Assembly (NCBI GenBank): GCA_002633005.1
Contig: NMRA01000052.1
Span: forward strand, 857,235 to 921,234
Reading direction: 5' to 3'
From: Phoronis australis
Lineage: Eukaryota > Animalia > Phoronida
DNA: 64,000 nucleotides
Shown here: positions 48,701 through 61,700 of the stretch, piece by piece
How the letters are laid out: each line of letters starts with the position of its first letter
How positions within the stretch are numbered: position 1 is the stretch's first letter
Translations under genes and position numbers: made by a program
The notes under the pieces: generated by a model
The model's input: the letters and a program-made list of their open reading frames with translations, nothing else
Told to the model about the DNA's origin: nothing
Database searches by the model: none

Positions 48701-51700
48701 AACGAAATTTAAGTCTCTGCAGAAATGCCCTACGCGAATTGTTAAATGACTTTACTGGGGATACAAATGTGGTTCATGGTAGTATTTGTTTATGGGCACA
48801 GACTATTAGAAAAAATGGACAAATGATCGGCGTATTTTTGATGATATAATTATTAGAGCGTTAACGTAAATTTGTGTCACCTTGAAAAGCATTGTTTTTC
48901 AAACATTATTTCACCCAACACAATCACAAACATTTTAAGTCTGGTCTACACACCACCTGTTGGCCACATCAAGTGACCTAATGAAAAATGTGGCCAATAG
49001 GTGGCGTGCAGACCAGACTTAACATTCTGTGATCTATATTTCCACACCCGTTTAGGAATTACATATATGTTACCAGTAACAGTAAATGACAACCAAACAA
49101 AGTAGTTCATTGAAAAGTCACTGATAACACCGCAGCAAAGTCTGATGATGAGCTATGAGGTGAAGCGATAACAAGACAAAAACATAACGAAACATCCAGG
49201 GAAGATTAGGGATTACAGAAAATACGGAATGTCTTACCTATGGTCATCATCGACACTGGAATAGCCATTATCATCCCAACACATATGGTACACCCCACTA
49301 CAAACAGACATAACAGATTAATGAAACCTGCACTTTTGTGGCAAACGTAAAATGAAACTTCCATTTTAGCTGGCTTACAACTGTTTGCCATTACCTGAAT
49401 TTTTTTCAGTTCAAGTAATTTTACACATTAGACAATGAAAAAAATTTTTGAACAGCAACCGGGCTTCGTTCCACAGACCTAAGACATTAGCGAAGCACTT
49501 GTGGCAGGAAATAGTGAGTTCTAACCCATAATGCAATATTCACATCTCACCAACCAATCACTTCAGGGATTGGGGTACGCCAATATGGAGATGAGGCAGT
49601 GAGGCCTAGTGGGTTGAGTGTCCGACTCCTGTTTGCACAGCCATGGGCTCAGATCACGGTGGACGCCACAGCTAGAACCTTATATCATCTGAAGCTCCTC
49701 AGTTGAGTTTTAATTTGTGTGTATATGTGTTTTTTATAGATATTAACACAAAAACAGTTTCAGGTGTCTAGCACAGTGGGCTTGGCTGAACGGCCTGCGC
49801 ACGTCTGAAAGGTATCGGACTAGCTGTACTAGTTTTTATTCTTATAGCACAATCTCAAGCAGTCAAGGAACCCTCGTCTTTCACTCACGTCATTCTGTCA
49901 AGTCTTGCATGAACTGTTTTGACAAAGTTTATTACATCAACCAAGTGCAGGAACAGGAATGCAATAATCAGAAAAAAAAAAACAAAACAAAACAATGACT
50001 TTCTCTATAAACAGTCGGGTATCAATTTACAATAGTCAACAATTTTCTCCAGGTTGTGACACCCACCCATTTCAAGCAGGAATAATTGAAAATTGGGTTT
50101 AGCATCTTACAACTGTAGCCCACAACAATGACCATTAAATTACGAAACAGCTTTCAGTCTTCTGGCTGTGTCTCCAAACAGGGCAGTAGACACGCTCAAC
50201 TAAAGAGGTGCATTATTCTTGCGTGATCTTGCTTTTTGCAACTTCCTTGCATTTACAGAACGCGTCCCCAGACAACTTTTGGGACAATATAATACTTTTT
50301 TGTAGCAGACAGTGTGAACCTGTCTAAAACAACCACTACCTAATGGCCTTCGATATTAGGAACACATAAAAACATTAATTCCTTCTATTGTTTTCTATCA
50401 CAGCAAATCTTATTTTGAGCAAACGGAAGCGATGATGTTCACGGTAACTTTTTGCTTGAACCATCATATTATAGTGTCCCAGACATTGACCAGAGCACAA
50501 AGGCCTTTACAGATCCTCTATACTACGTCAAGAATGGAAAACAATACGAAAAACACTTGAAACTATAGAACTTGACATTTTTAACGATAGAGAGGGATGT
50601 CATAAGTGCAAAGGACTACAGGAAGTCGTTCAGTGCATTTCCAAGCAATAGGAGACAACCAAAAGTATACTGCACAAACCTTTACTCAGAAATACACAAG
50701 CATTAAATTTCCATGCCTGCAAAAGGACTAATGCGAGCTGTGGAAGACTTAATTCCCAAGATTCCTTGTTCCATAGATGCATTTCAAGAACCGTAAAAAG
50801 GATCGTAAAAACAAAACAAAGTCAGACTTACATGTACCAAGAACGAGTATGATGAGCTTCTTGAAAAATTCTGCAAGACTGCTAGATTGCCGCCTGGTTT
50901 CTTGTAGCTGCCCGAATACAGACTCGTAAGAAGGTGGTGGACCTAGGCAAAAGATAAACTATAGGCAATCATTCAAGAAAAATGAACAAAATGTAATCTA
51001 AAATCAATGACCCATCACTTGTACCAAACTATTGTTAAGACTACATATTTCTACTGTGAACTTTAAAGTGAAGGAAATCTAAACTGAACAACTGCAAGTA
51101 GGAATTCCACCTTATCTGGACTTGCAAATCTTAATCAAAATAACACATAAGCCCTGAGTACCCATTACAAATTTTGCATGCAGATAATTATTCACCGCAA
51201 CAGTATTCGATTTATACCAAATCTAAAGCTACCAGCATTATGTAGATTTGACTTGGACATTGAGGGACCAATAAATCTACATTACAAAACTTTACGAGAA
51301 GGCAAGGTCCTGTGGAAAGTAGATATGGAATTCCGGGTCGGAAACACCTATCAGGTTCCAAGCCCGTTGTATCGGACTCCAGGTCCTGTATTCTTGTTAG
51401 CCTACCCCTAGGACCACAAGAAGCAACGACTACCAAATCTGATTCAACTGACTTGTCATTTTTCGAAATGATTGGTGGAGGATTTTCTTAGTCGCCGCAG
51501 ACAGAGAGTGGCAGGGTCCCGGTGTCCTTGTCGGCATTCATCTTAATCTCCGGACACCATGGAGTCCAGGGTGTTGTACCTCAGACGGTACAGGGTGTGA
51601 ATTAACAAGACCACAAGTACACAGACCAGTGGATGAGCAAGCAAAATTGGGTCGCCGCAAGTTAAATCTTTTTTAGGTTTACATCTGGGGTAAAGCTCGT

Positions 51701-54700
51701 AACGCTAGAACTTCGCTAAAAAGCAAGAATTCATGAAATTACGTGATGTATTGAGTTTTTTAATTGAAAGCGTGATTTTGGCTACATTTTTGTATTTCCC
51801 AAGACAGCTACTGAACTCTACCCTAGTCTGCGACTAGGGGCACAAGGGTGAGAATCTCACGAACACGCGAGACTGAAGACGTCGAGACGTTTGGTGAGGC
51901 ATTGCAAACGAAGCACACGATCACGCTATCTTCTTTAGCGAGATTCTTGAATCTGTGATGCTTATCAGAGAGCAACAAACAAATTGTAAGGGTAGTGAAC
52001 CGTGGTTACGTGGATGTACATTAGTTTTTGATATGTGTTATAGCACACCGGCGCTTACACAACATAGGACAGGGATGCAATGTCTCTGTAACAATTGCGT
52101 GTGCGCCGCGCCCCTTTCTGAGTGCTGGGCCTTGCACTACGTTTGATTTTTAACCAGCTTTACTTTGGCTCCGTCTCACTCGGCTGCTGCTGTTCACTAT
52201 CTACATTACTTTGAACGCGCGATATCCTACGGACAGACTTAGCTGTGGCCTATTGTGAATGGGGGCCTAAACAAAAAATATTTCTCATCACGTCAAGAAT
52301 AAAATCCGGACACGTCGTCGGGAGATTTTAGCCACTAACAAGGGCATTTGCAAAGGCCAGGACGTTTTAAAAATAAAAACGTTTTGTAAACACGCAAGTT
52401 GATGTCAGGCGCGCAAGTTCAATGCCACAGTCGGAAGTCGAACAACACGGTCTAATTAAACCAGAGCACATGTTACGCTACAACGAAAAACTGCAGCCTT
52501 CGGTGTATTTCCCATTTGTATTTTCATCAGAAATTTTCGTCATGCGGGACTCGGTGACTCTTTTCATAGCTAAAGCGCCAAACACAAGCTAAACGCAAGA
52601 CAATCGAGTAACGGTCATGACATCGTCAAGACAAGGTAAAAATTACAAAGCCCGTTACACCAATTCTCAGATTCAAGCCTTACTAGAGTAGTAATCATCC
52701 GTTGAACGCTTTAGTAACACGGGAGTTGCGTCGATCCCAAATTAGCGTTTCTAAAATTTTCCTTGTCTGAAAGTCGCGGGGCAAAAATCCGACGTTTATG
52801 ACACTGTCCGAAGTTCGAAGATTATTGAAAAACAGTTTTTGGACCTTGTACGAATTTCGTGGACTATGAAAAACTCATTTCGGAAATATTTATTCTTGGT
52901 CGAAAATGGCGGGCCGTCCGAAAATCACGCGACTTTACCGTATGTATCAACATACAAGCATGTGAGACTTACCAACAGTCTGGTTATATGTAGGTGGCGC
53001 AGTGTCGGTACCACCATAGTTCGTTGTGTAGGCTGGCGGTGGTTCATTAGGCTGTAAAAACAAACATATTATTCCCACTAGAGCTTTAGTCTAGAAGTAA
53101 CTAACATACCATAAATGTTTGACAAAGTCTGAGGGCTTAACTCCTGCAAAGAAACCAAGGAGAACTTTCCCAGTGTTCTCAAACCAAAAGGTTAAAAAAC
53201 CTGAGTCTTGACAGAATAGGCATAAAACATGTTATTCAAATGTTGACGGGTTATGGTAACCTTGCCCAACACAAACACATCACTGGGAATATGGCCGCCG
53301 GGAGGCCAGTGTGTCCCGGCTGAGTGTGGTACTGACTTTGAAATCCCTAAACACCAGTTCGAGTCCCCTGCACAGTTTTGATAGGTTAAGGAGCAAGCCA
53401 TTAGATGGCACCATTACATGCAGGCCTACAATATGGAAAGTCCGTTCATTTTCTTAAAGGAGATGGGGAGACTTGAAAACTTTCTTCACAAACAGCTTGT
53501 TGGTTGGTAACAGGGTTCTCGTGAGTTTCAGCTCAGGTGTGTGTGTACGGGGTCCAATGATGAAGCCTGCGCACGTTTGAAGCACCACATAAGACAACAC
53601 AGTGAAACCAACCCCATTGATTAGGAAAAGGTGCATTTATTATCTTTCAAATATTCACAAAATTACGTTCAGGAACAAAACCCTTAACTCCGGGACAAAG
53701 GCGAGTTCTATCGCTGTGTAATCTGGATGGCCCCATTATTCTTTGAACCTCGTATTTTGCACAACGACTTGCTTGGTTTTGAGAATTGCAACAGGTGGCA
53801 AAAGCGTAGTTGGTATGACCACATACGGTTGTCAAAAACAACTTAATTTCTATCTAAATTAAGACCTAAGAGCAATCTCACTGTGATCATGAAACAATCT
53901 TTTCTGAAATTTCGTCTTCTGTCTTAACTTAGCCTGAATTTTGATCTTAACTTAGACACTTTTTTGTTTTCAAGTCTCTTTTCATGTATCATGCGCCATA
54001 AGTACATTTGGAGGTGGCTCTAAAAGTAGGCCAGTGCAGGCCTGTCTTTGGAAAACACTCTGTGAGCTGTTTGCAAAAAGTTGCAGTACTGTCAAGACAG
54101 CATGCACTGGGATATATTAAATCAGGCACCTGTCTCATAAATTTGGCAAGATATTGTCAAGGCAATGAAGAGCAACGTGACGTTTTGATGTACTCATGTT
54201 CATTGCAATACACTTATCAGATGCATCAGGAAGTCCTGCCTGGATGCAGGCAGTACACTAGTCATGTCTCAAATACAATTCTAAAATTCAGGATGTTGCT
54301 ATTCATACTAAGTGCAACATCCCCTGGTGAGTAAATTGAAGTTTAATTATAGCATGAAACTTATAAGCACCATTTGCAATGTAGTCAAGATGCATATCAA
54401 TGCTTTTAACTGATAGTGGCAACCTGGTGTTAAATGGATACTAGATATTTCAGGTCGCCTACAACACAAATGGAGATTCAACTCAGTAAAATTTTAGCAA
54501 TATTTTACAGTCTTCATGCCATCAGCTTACCATTGTGGTGTACCAACCTATTTAAATGGCTGGGATGAAAAAGTCAGCATTGAAAAAATATCCAGGAATG
54601 AAAGAAATAACCATTCGTCTCAGTCAACTCTGTAAGTGTTATTCTTCCAACAAAATTTGAGATTGGAATCACTATCATCCTTTGTCACACTAAAACAGAA

Positions 54701-57643
54701 ACAACACAACATACAGATGCCACTAGGTAGCGCCACAGTGTTGGGACTCGTCCAAAAATTAATGTTAGCATTGGTTTTCCAATAAGAACACATTCACTAA
54801 TTTTCAAAATTATTATTCGAGTAGTAATGATGGATTGAGAAATGAGTACCAAAACAGACAGGAAAATGTTAAAAATGGCCCCTCAGTGGCACAGAATGTC
54901 GAGTCCATCCGAAAAAGAGAAGCCAGTGTTGCCTCCTTAATACACACCTATCTGCCAAATTTATGAAAATCTGCCCAGGAATTCCGAAGATCATACAGAA
55001 AAATATAAAAAATAACATTGCCTAAAGGGTCACAATGGTAGTTGAATCCTTCTGAAAGTCTCGAGGTCATAGCTTGTACCAAATTTTAGAAATAGGTAAT
55101 ATTGGTCATCCCAAATTTAGGAACTATGATCAATGACAAATGATCACTCATCTCGATGTTACACACTGCTAGGACGTATGAAAAGGCTGTTGGCAGCTCA
55201 TTTCAAAGATTTGATGAACTGACAAGTATATTTCCAGACTCAGTATAAAGCACAGTGACCTAAGAAATATAATGAAGGGCAATATATGGAATTAAGAAAA
55301 TTCAATTTGAGCTTGAATTTCTGTGTCCCAAATTTTAGAGACTGTCTCAAACTTAAGAATTTTTACCATAAGTGTATTTTTGCTTTGTCGGTGGTTAGTC
55401 GTTAGTGGCCAGTGCCTTTGCTGGACACTCAGTCATATAAATCTGTTATTTGTCACATGAAAATGAACTCGAGTTTCTCTCAGCAAGAGTGGGAATTTAA
55501 TTTTAGACTTACCAAGAATCTGTCAATGGTCAACCACATGTATTTTAGGATAGAATTTATCCGAAAATGCAAAATCATTTACATGGTCAAATTTAGTCAA
55601 ATTTAAATATTAATTACTTATAATAATAAAATTATCAACATGTCTCTAAGTATAGACTATAAAATTGATGGCAATAGTCACTTTTTGTTTCAGGTGTTGC
55701 ATATCAGTGGGAGGTGATCACTACAACTCGCGACAATTTAGTTAATTTCCACGTGAAAGCAAATGTATGTTGCCATAATAGTATTTAGGGGTGTGTTATT
55801 GTCTGCTAATGAATCTAGATTAGGGTAAAACTTGGATGTTCACTTTACTGACACGACTTTCTTGTGAATTCAAAAAGGTTTTCTCTTTAATGACAACCAT
55901 AGGTAATATTTCACTACATTTTTTGCCACTGGCAGAGAGGTATTAGGACAAGTTTGATAAGGCAAGTCGCCCCCTAGTGTTGCTCAGGCAGGTTGCACAA
56001 TAGAGGTTGTGACATACTGACAAAGGAATAAGCAGTGTAAAAGCATGTTATTTCTATGTTCTTCTGTTTGTTAACAGACTTTTGCCATTCAAACAATGAA
56101 AAATTTCAATTTTCAATGACAAGTATAACTTTTATTACTCTCGCCCATCTCTATTTTTCTAATTTTCAAACAAAAGAAGCCTCTCACAAAAGTTTAGGTG
56201 ATGTCGCAGAATGTGTTATTGTGTTTTTGCTTCATTCAGTTTAGTCATCGTATTACATCACCAGGCCTCCATGCAGCATATGTACTAATCTGGACGCCCT
56301 GGCAAGGACGCCCAATGTATCATTTGGACGCCCCATGTCAATCAGAATTTCTCCAGTTAGGACTCCCACATTGTAAGGCTCCTGTTAATGAGTAGCTTTG
56401 ATCTGTATAAAAGCTAGTTATGATGATATGATAAACTTTACTACAACAATTTGACTTAAGATCACCAAAAACATAGTGCACTCATTGTTCAACCAATATC
56501 TGCATTATTTGTTTGGTAAGCTACTTGGCTGTATTCGTAAATTTAGACGTAAAAGTTTTGGTCCACGCACTGTTTTTAGTAAAAAAGCTCACAACCGGGG
56601 AGCTGTTTTAGTAAACTTAGATGTAAAAACCTTGGTCTACGGATGTTTTTTAAAAACTTCACTGTGTGCGTGAGGGGGGGATTACTGGTGAAATGGGGTG
56701 GCGGGTGGGGGTAACGCGCCACTGGAATCATGGACGCCCTGGAATATTGGAAACCCCATTTTGGACACCCTATTTTCGAAATCCTGGATGAAGCCCTGTA
56801 CATCAGTTACTGCTGTTGTTTATCAACACTTTCTTAGAGTAGAGGATGAGTAATACTTCCTATTCCTAGAACTGTTTGTCAGCATAGTGCATCCTCATTT
56901 GTTTGTCTTATTTGATTGGTTAATTCGTGTTTCCCTATAGTCTCTATATATATTGCTTTCATTTGTATTTCATTTAGTAGCTTTAGTAGTTTTACCAGTT
57001 GTTTCTCCGCATTGAGAGTCGTTCTCCTCATGTAACGTTTGCAGTCTTCAACATACTACATTCAAGACTCATCTCTTGTTCTTGCCTACGGACTACCTCT
57101 GCGTACAATAGCCAAACCGCATTTTTCCCATACGCCACAGGTAAAGTGGTAAGTACCCATTCACTATTCAGTATTGTAATTCCAACCAATAAGAAGCATT
57201 CATAGTTGACGATTTGGGAAATTCGAGCAAAAGAGTCGAGTGTGTCACTTATGTATTTCATGAATTAGCACAATTTTTATTTTTCATTATATTTGACCAT
57301 CGTTGTGGAGTGGAATCCAGGTAATATTCGTAAGCAATTTTACAGATGGCTACCTTGTTGAAGTTGTTCTCTGAGTGATGGCTGTGATCAGTTCTTCTTT
57401 CACTTTTACTTTCTGGTTTACTTTTGTCGTTTTCAATGAATTCACAGAGTGGCACTCAGACTAGGAACCAATATTGGTTCCTAGACTCAGGTCAAGAAAT
57501 GATGTGAGCGAAGTCCCATACTGTCTCCATAGAGACACAGAGTACCATTAATTAAAGCTCTGTTTGCAAGTCCTGTTCTGGTACCTATTGCACTGAAATA
57601 TTACCTGAGGCTGCGGTGGTGCATTTTGCTTCTCAACGTCCAT
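45771..57643 (-). CDS. TMEM272-like four-pass membrane protein with N-terminal PPxY motifs, 6 coding exons
   Basis: Exons 57643-57605 (MDVEKQNAPPQPQ), 53051-52973, 50942-50832, 49297-49238, 47553-47350, 45961-45771, all phase-consistent. Family motifs: 'IPVSMMTIGSYFVHQCRIERYIPIYLIVGG', 'FLLAWFIAGNVWIY', 'YCHPTLYLFAFWITT'. The first-exon choice is less certain than the rest. Confidence 0.88.
47590..48471. mobile_element. Helentron-associated (HINE-like) element in a TMEM272-like intron
   Basis: Sub-terminal atgcgcccaca (~47603), ~150-bp diverged internal repeats, (ACGG)n microsatellite at ~48405-48428 and terminal hairpin atgcgtccacat-agaaat-atgtgggcgcat. A partial relative lies at ~54715-55090. 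Confidence 0.75.
48925..49031. mobile_element. Small palindromic MITE
   Basis: ttaagtctggtctacacaccacctgttggccaca...tgtggccaataggtggcgtgcagaccagacttaa forms an inverted pair. A half-copy lies at 36316-36358. Confidence 0.65.
49590..49840 (+). mobile_element. Diverged tRNA-derived SINE copy
   Basis: gaggcagtgaggcctagtggg...gctagaacc...ggcctgcgcacgtctg resembles the reverse complement of 361-597. Confidence 0.6.
56262..56798. mobile_element. hAT-like MITE with 8-bp TSD
   Basis: TIRs caggcctccatgcag / ctggatgaagccctg. Flanks tacatcac and tacatcag (8 bp, one mismatch). Internal repeated ggacgccc motifs. Confidence 0.65.
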
Positions 57644-58001
57644 TTCTTCGTGTTTGGGCTTATAAGTCTTTATCTAAACACCAGGTGGCAATAATCGCAA
57701 TCTTACCGGACAATAGTTGATCTTACCGACGAAAAGGCATCACATTCTACCAGTTTTATTCCCTTTTAAGAGCAGTCTCTTACTCGTCTAGAAATGTAAT
57801 TCAAACTGTTTATAATAATTCAGTATGAAGAGCATAATACTTTGTTGCTATATTATATTTAGTTCACCCTGTTATTGCCTACGCACAAACTTGGGTTTTC
57901 TACAGTGAATCACTTCCGAGTTTATATATTTTATCTTTGTTTTGATCGTTGATGCTACGCAGTGAAGTTTAAGTGAAAATTATGGTTACCGAATAAACGC
58001 C
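57644..58001. promoter_or_regulatory. Probable bidirectional promoter between the TMEM272-like gene and Apaf-1
   Basis: Divergent start codons at 57643 (-) and 58708 (+). A candidate non-coding Apaf-1 exon ends at a gtaagt donor (58002). ETS-type cacttccg at 57911. Confidence 0.5.
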
Positions 58002-58707
58002 GTAAGTGATGTAAAGCTGTTGTAAGCACCTGTTTTATTACTGTTTCGTTTATCTACGTCTCTAACTATGTGTTTGCCTGGCTAGATGACATAATCATTT
58101 TACAATACAACCTTGAGCCGAGGTTCAACGACCTCAGCTTCCTAAGTCAAGAGTGAAAGTTAACTGTGTAAGTAACTAAGCGAAATGCAGTAGTTGCCGT
58201 GTTATGTGTGGTCAGCATCCATTGATTTTATGTGAACCTTAAATAGTTAAACAAACTCTAAAATTTTCTCCATCATGTAAAATGAGTAGTGCCAGGTATA
58301 GCTGCTTTGTGCACTAATCTAATCAATTATTGTTCACAATTCAACATTTGAATTTGTATGAACTTATTATTAGTGCTTTATGAATGCCCACTGAACTAAA
58401 TCCTTTGACATTATGATCCAAAAAACAAGCTAAAACAAAACGTGATTCTAGTAAACAAGATATTATTTTTTATCTATCATAAACAATGTTTGATAAAACA
58501 TGGTTTAGAAGTCAACTTGTTTGAAAAACTGAGTTTCCAATTTTTTGATGTGTATAACCCTGTGACTGCATGGGTACCTTGTCTTGTATTATTTGAATTA
58601 AGAATATTAAAGTTGCTTTGTACTTTACATAATGCACAATTTTACTCAGGTTGTACTTGCGTGAGTTTCCACCTACATGTTGATATCCAGAGTGCTGCCG
58701 TTCGGTG

Positions 58708-61700
58708 ATGGACGAACAGTCAAGATTGAGTCTCCAGCTCAACAGGGTTCTGCTTGTTGAGTCTGTTGACGTAGACCTGGTCAAGGATTATCTTTTCCAG
58801 GAAGGAATACTGAGGAAGGATGATTTGGAACAACTGGATCACGAGGTTTGTTTACATCATTGGAGTATAGGGTAGTCGGTCCATAGATGTTCTGGCATGA
58901 GATTTGGGCTATCCTATGACAAGAAAATCCAGTGAATTATTATTAGATTTTCTCAACAAGGGAATTACACTTATACATTAATGTACACCAGGGCCACTAC
59001 CCCCTCTTCATGTCAAAAAATATCATGAGGTTTGGGTTCAGTGTTCTTCATTTCATTCATCAGACCTGTTTTGTGTGCCCACCCCCCCCCCCTCCCCCTC
59101 CCATCAAATACATTCATTCACACTGAACCTGACTACTCACAATTCCTTTAAATTACAGGTAGCACTTTACGAACAAAGAAATAATACCACTCTCAAAGAT
59201 TTAGATTGCACTTCAGCAAACACCCCAGCACAAACAACAAACAAGACACAAGTGAATGCACAAATCTTATTAACTTGAAACTACAGCTTATTCATGAATA
59301 CCCCATACAACGTCATAGGTCACACCCTACCTGACTAGAGACATACAGTATAATGCTGCCATCTGTTGATCTGTTACCAATATGCTCAACACTAGTTTAA
59401 AACTGGTGTCATCTTATTACTTAGATGAAAAGTGGTTTCTGGGATTTGGATGAACTGGCAATTATTGCTTGATACCATACTCAGCATATTAAAGGACTTA
59501 CTTGCCTTGACAAGTCAACTGGGAGAGCCTGGTCTGATCTCTAATTTGAGTAGGGAACAAGTTGAGACTAATTTCACAATGGTCAGTGGCTTGAATCAAA
59601 AATTATTTTTGACAATGGTAAGCTTATAACAGCTTTATTTGTCCTTTTCCTGAAAATGCCCTTGTCCTGGAATTCAGCAAAATTGCTAAAAAACTACACT
59701 ATTTCCGCTGCAAAGCTGTAAATCCCTCAATTACTTTATCAGTCTCACTTACATGCTTTTGTTTTGTCACATATTTTCCCGCGAGTCACTTTTTATACAT
59801 GTCGACTACTTTTCAAATTTGTTGTTTTAATGCCAGAAAACAGGTACTGGCCAGTGGGTCTCTGATTAGCTGGTTTAAAAACAATGCTGTAATACAGCCG
59901 GTAAAGTTGTTATTATTTCTAAAGCATGGCTGGTAATGCCTTGCTGCTTAGGGGGATGTCCCAAAAATAAACTTTTCTTGGCTTTAAGGTAAGAAAAGAA
60001 GGCCACGAAGTAGCTATGTCAATATCTTTGTCACTATCGTACACATTTTCTGAGGAAGGAAAAAAGTTAAGCCGTGCATTTGTGAATAGCGTATACTTGC
60101 CTGCCACCATTCTGTGGACATTGTTAAAAAATATGAGCAGAGCCGCAGAAATCACTCGCATTATATCCAGGCTCTCATTCACTCCCTCGCATACATTCAC
60201 TAGTAAGACGTTGTTTAGTGAAGAAATTTTAAACTTTATGAATATATAAATTCTGTCCTGCTGGTAAAGTTATTTCAGCTTTGTTGGGGAAATATAACTG
60301 ATATTGTTAATGCCCACTATAATCTGTGTTAACTTCACAACTAATTACTTTATTTGTATGTTTTCAGGCAGTTTCTAGTAAGAAGGTGGCCAAGATAATT
60401 GACATTCTACCATCGAGAGGTCCACAGGCATTTTCGATCTTTGTAGATGCTCTTAAACATGCTGACTACGAATTTCTTGTCAACAGCTTACAAAATGTCC
60501 AGTTGAATCCATCGAGGCAGAGAAGCCTGAGTCTGCCTGAAATACAGGTATTAAAGAACACTTTCATAACTTGTCTTCATTTGTGGAGTTGGAGCTTTAA
60601 TCGAATTCTTGCGTAAAGTTGGAAAGAGGTTTTTTATTCTCTTCTATATCTGTTAAAAGATAGTTCATTTTAGACATTTGGGAAAGATATTTGCTAAATG
60701 TTGTGTTATTTTCAATTGCTTAAAAATGTGGAGATTTGGTTTCATTGCTCTTGGAAGTGTAGAGTTGACCACTCACCAACTTATGGTGATTAGCTGCACC
60801 AAGTCTTGTGAGACGTCAAATCCTGGAAAGGAGAAACATTGTCAGCTACAAAAATATTAGTTGTTGTCTGAACAAGTAGAATTTTCCTCTGTTACTTTAC
60901 ATTTTAAACTTGTATTCTCCTTACTACTGTGTTGCAGGCTATTCTTTTGGACGGTGCTGTGCCGCCGAGGCCAAACGTGTTTATCAGTCGCGAGGATGTA
61001 CTAGTCAGGATCAAGAATGAGCTGGTAAAGATCAGGGACACGCCAGGCTGGGTCGTCATCCATGGCATGGGTGGTATTGGAAAGTCAGTGCTGGCTGCGG
61101 AGTCAGTGCGAGACATCCGCGTCCTGTCGCACTACTTTCCTGGTGGCGTGTTTTGGATCAGCATCGGTCAGGTGGACAGGCAGAAACTGCTCTTTAAGAT
61201 GCAGAATCTTTTGGCGCGGCTTGAGAAGAATGGCAAGAGTCCGCCGCACAATGTAGAGGAGGCTAGAGACAAGCTGCGCAGTGTCTTTGCACACGAATAC
61301 CCTCGCTCGTTGTTGATTCTTGATGATGTGTGGGACAGTGCAACCACGAAGGCATTTGATATACAATGCCGAGTTTTGGTGACAACACGCGATGCCAGTG
61401 TCACAGATCGTGTAAGAGGGCAAGTGTTCAAAATAGATGTGTCCGAAGGCTTTACACGTGAGCAGTCTCGGGAGATCCTATCGAACTGGACAGACATGGA
61501 CATCGACCAGCTGCCAAAGGAGGCGGAGACAATCTACTCCGAGGTGAAAGGTTCACCATTTGCCATATCAATGATTGGTGCATTGCTCAGAGACCACCCC
61601 CAGAGGTGGGAGTATTACACGAAGCTGCTGCGGAAACGGAAAGTCGGGCGGCTGCGAAAAGCCTCTTCTTACGAGTATGAGACATTAACGGAAGCTGTGA

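Noticed and set aside
57354-57460. Alternative coding exon for the TMEM272-like gene (…HSENNFNK|gtagcc)
   Set aside because: The phase-compatible frame has an in-frame TGA right after the acceptor and no ATG, and the other frame ends in the wrong phase.
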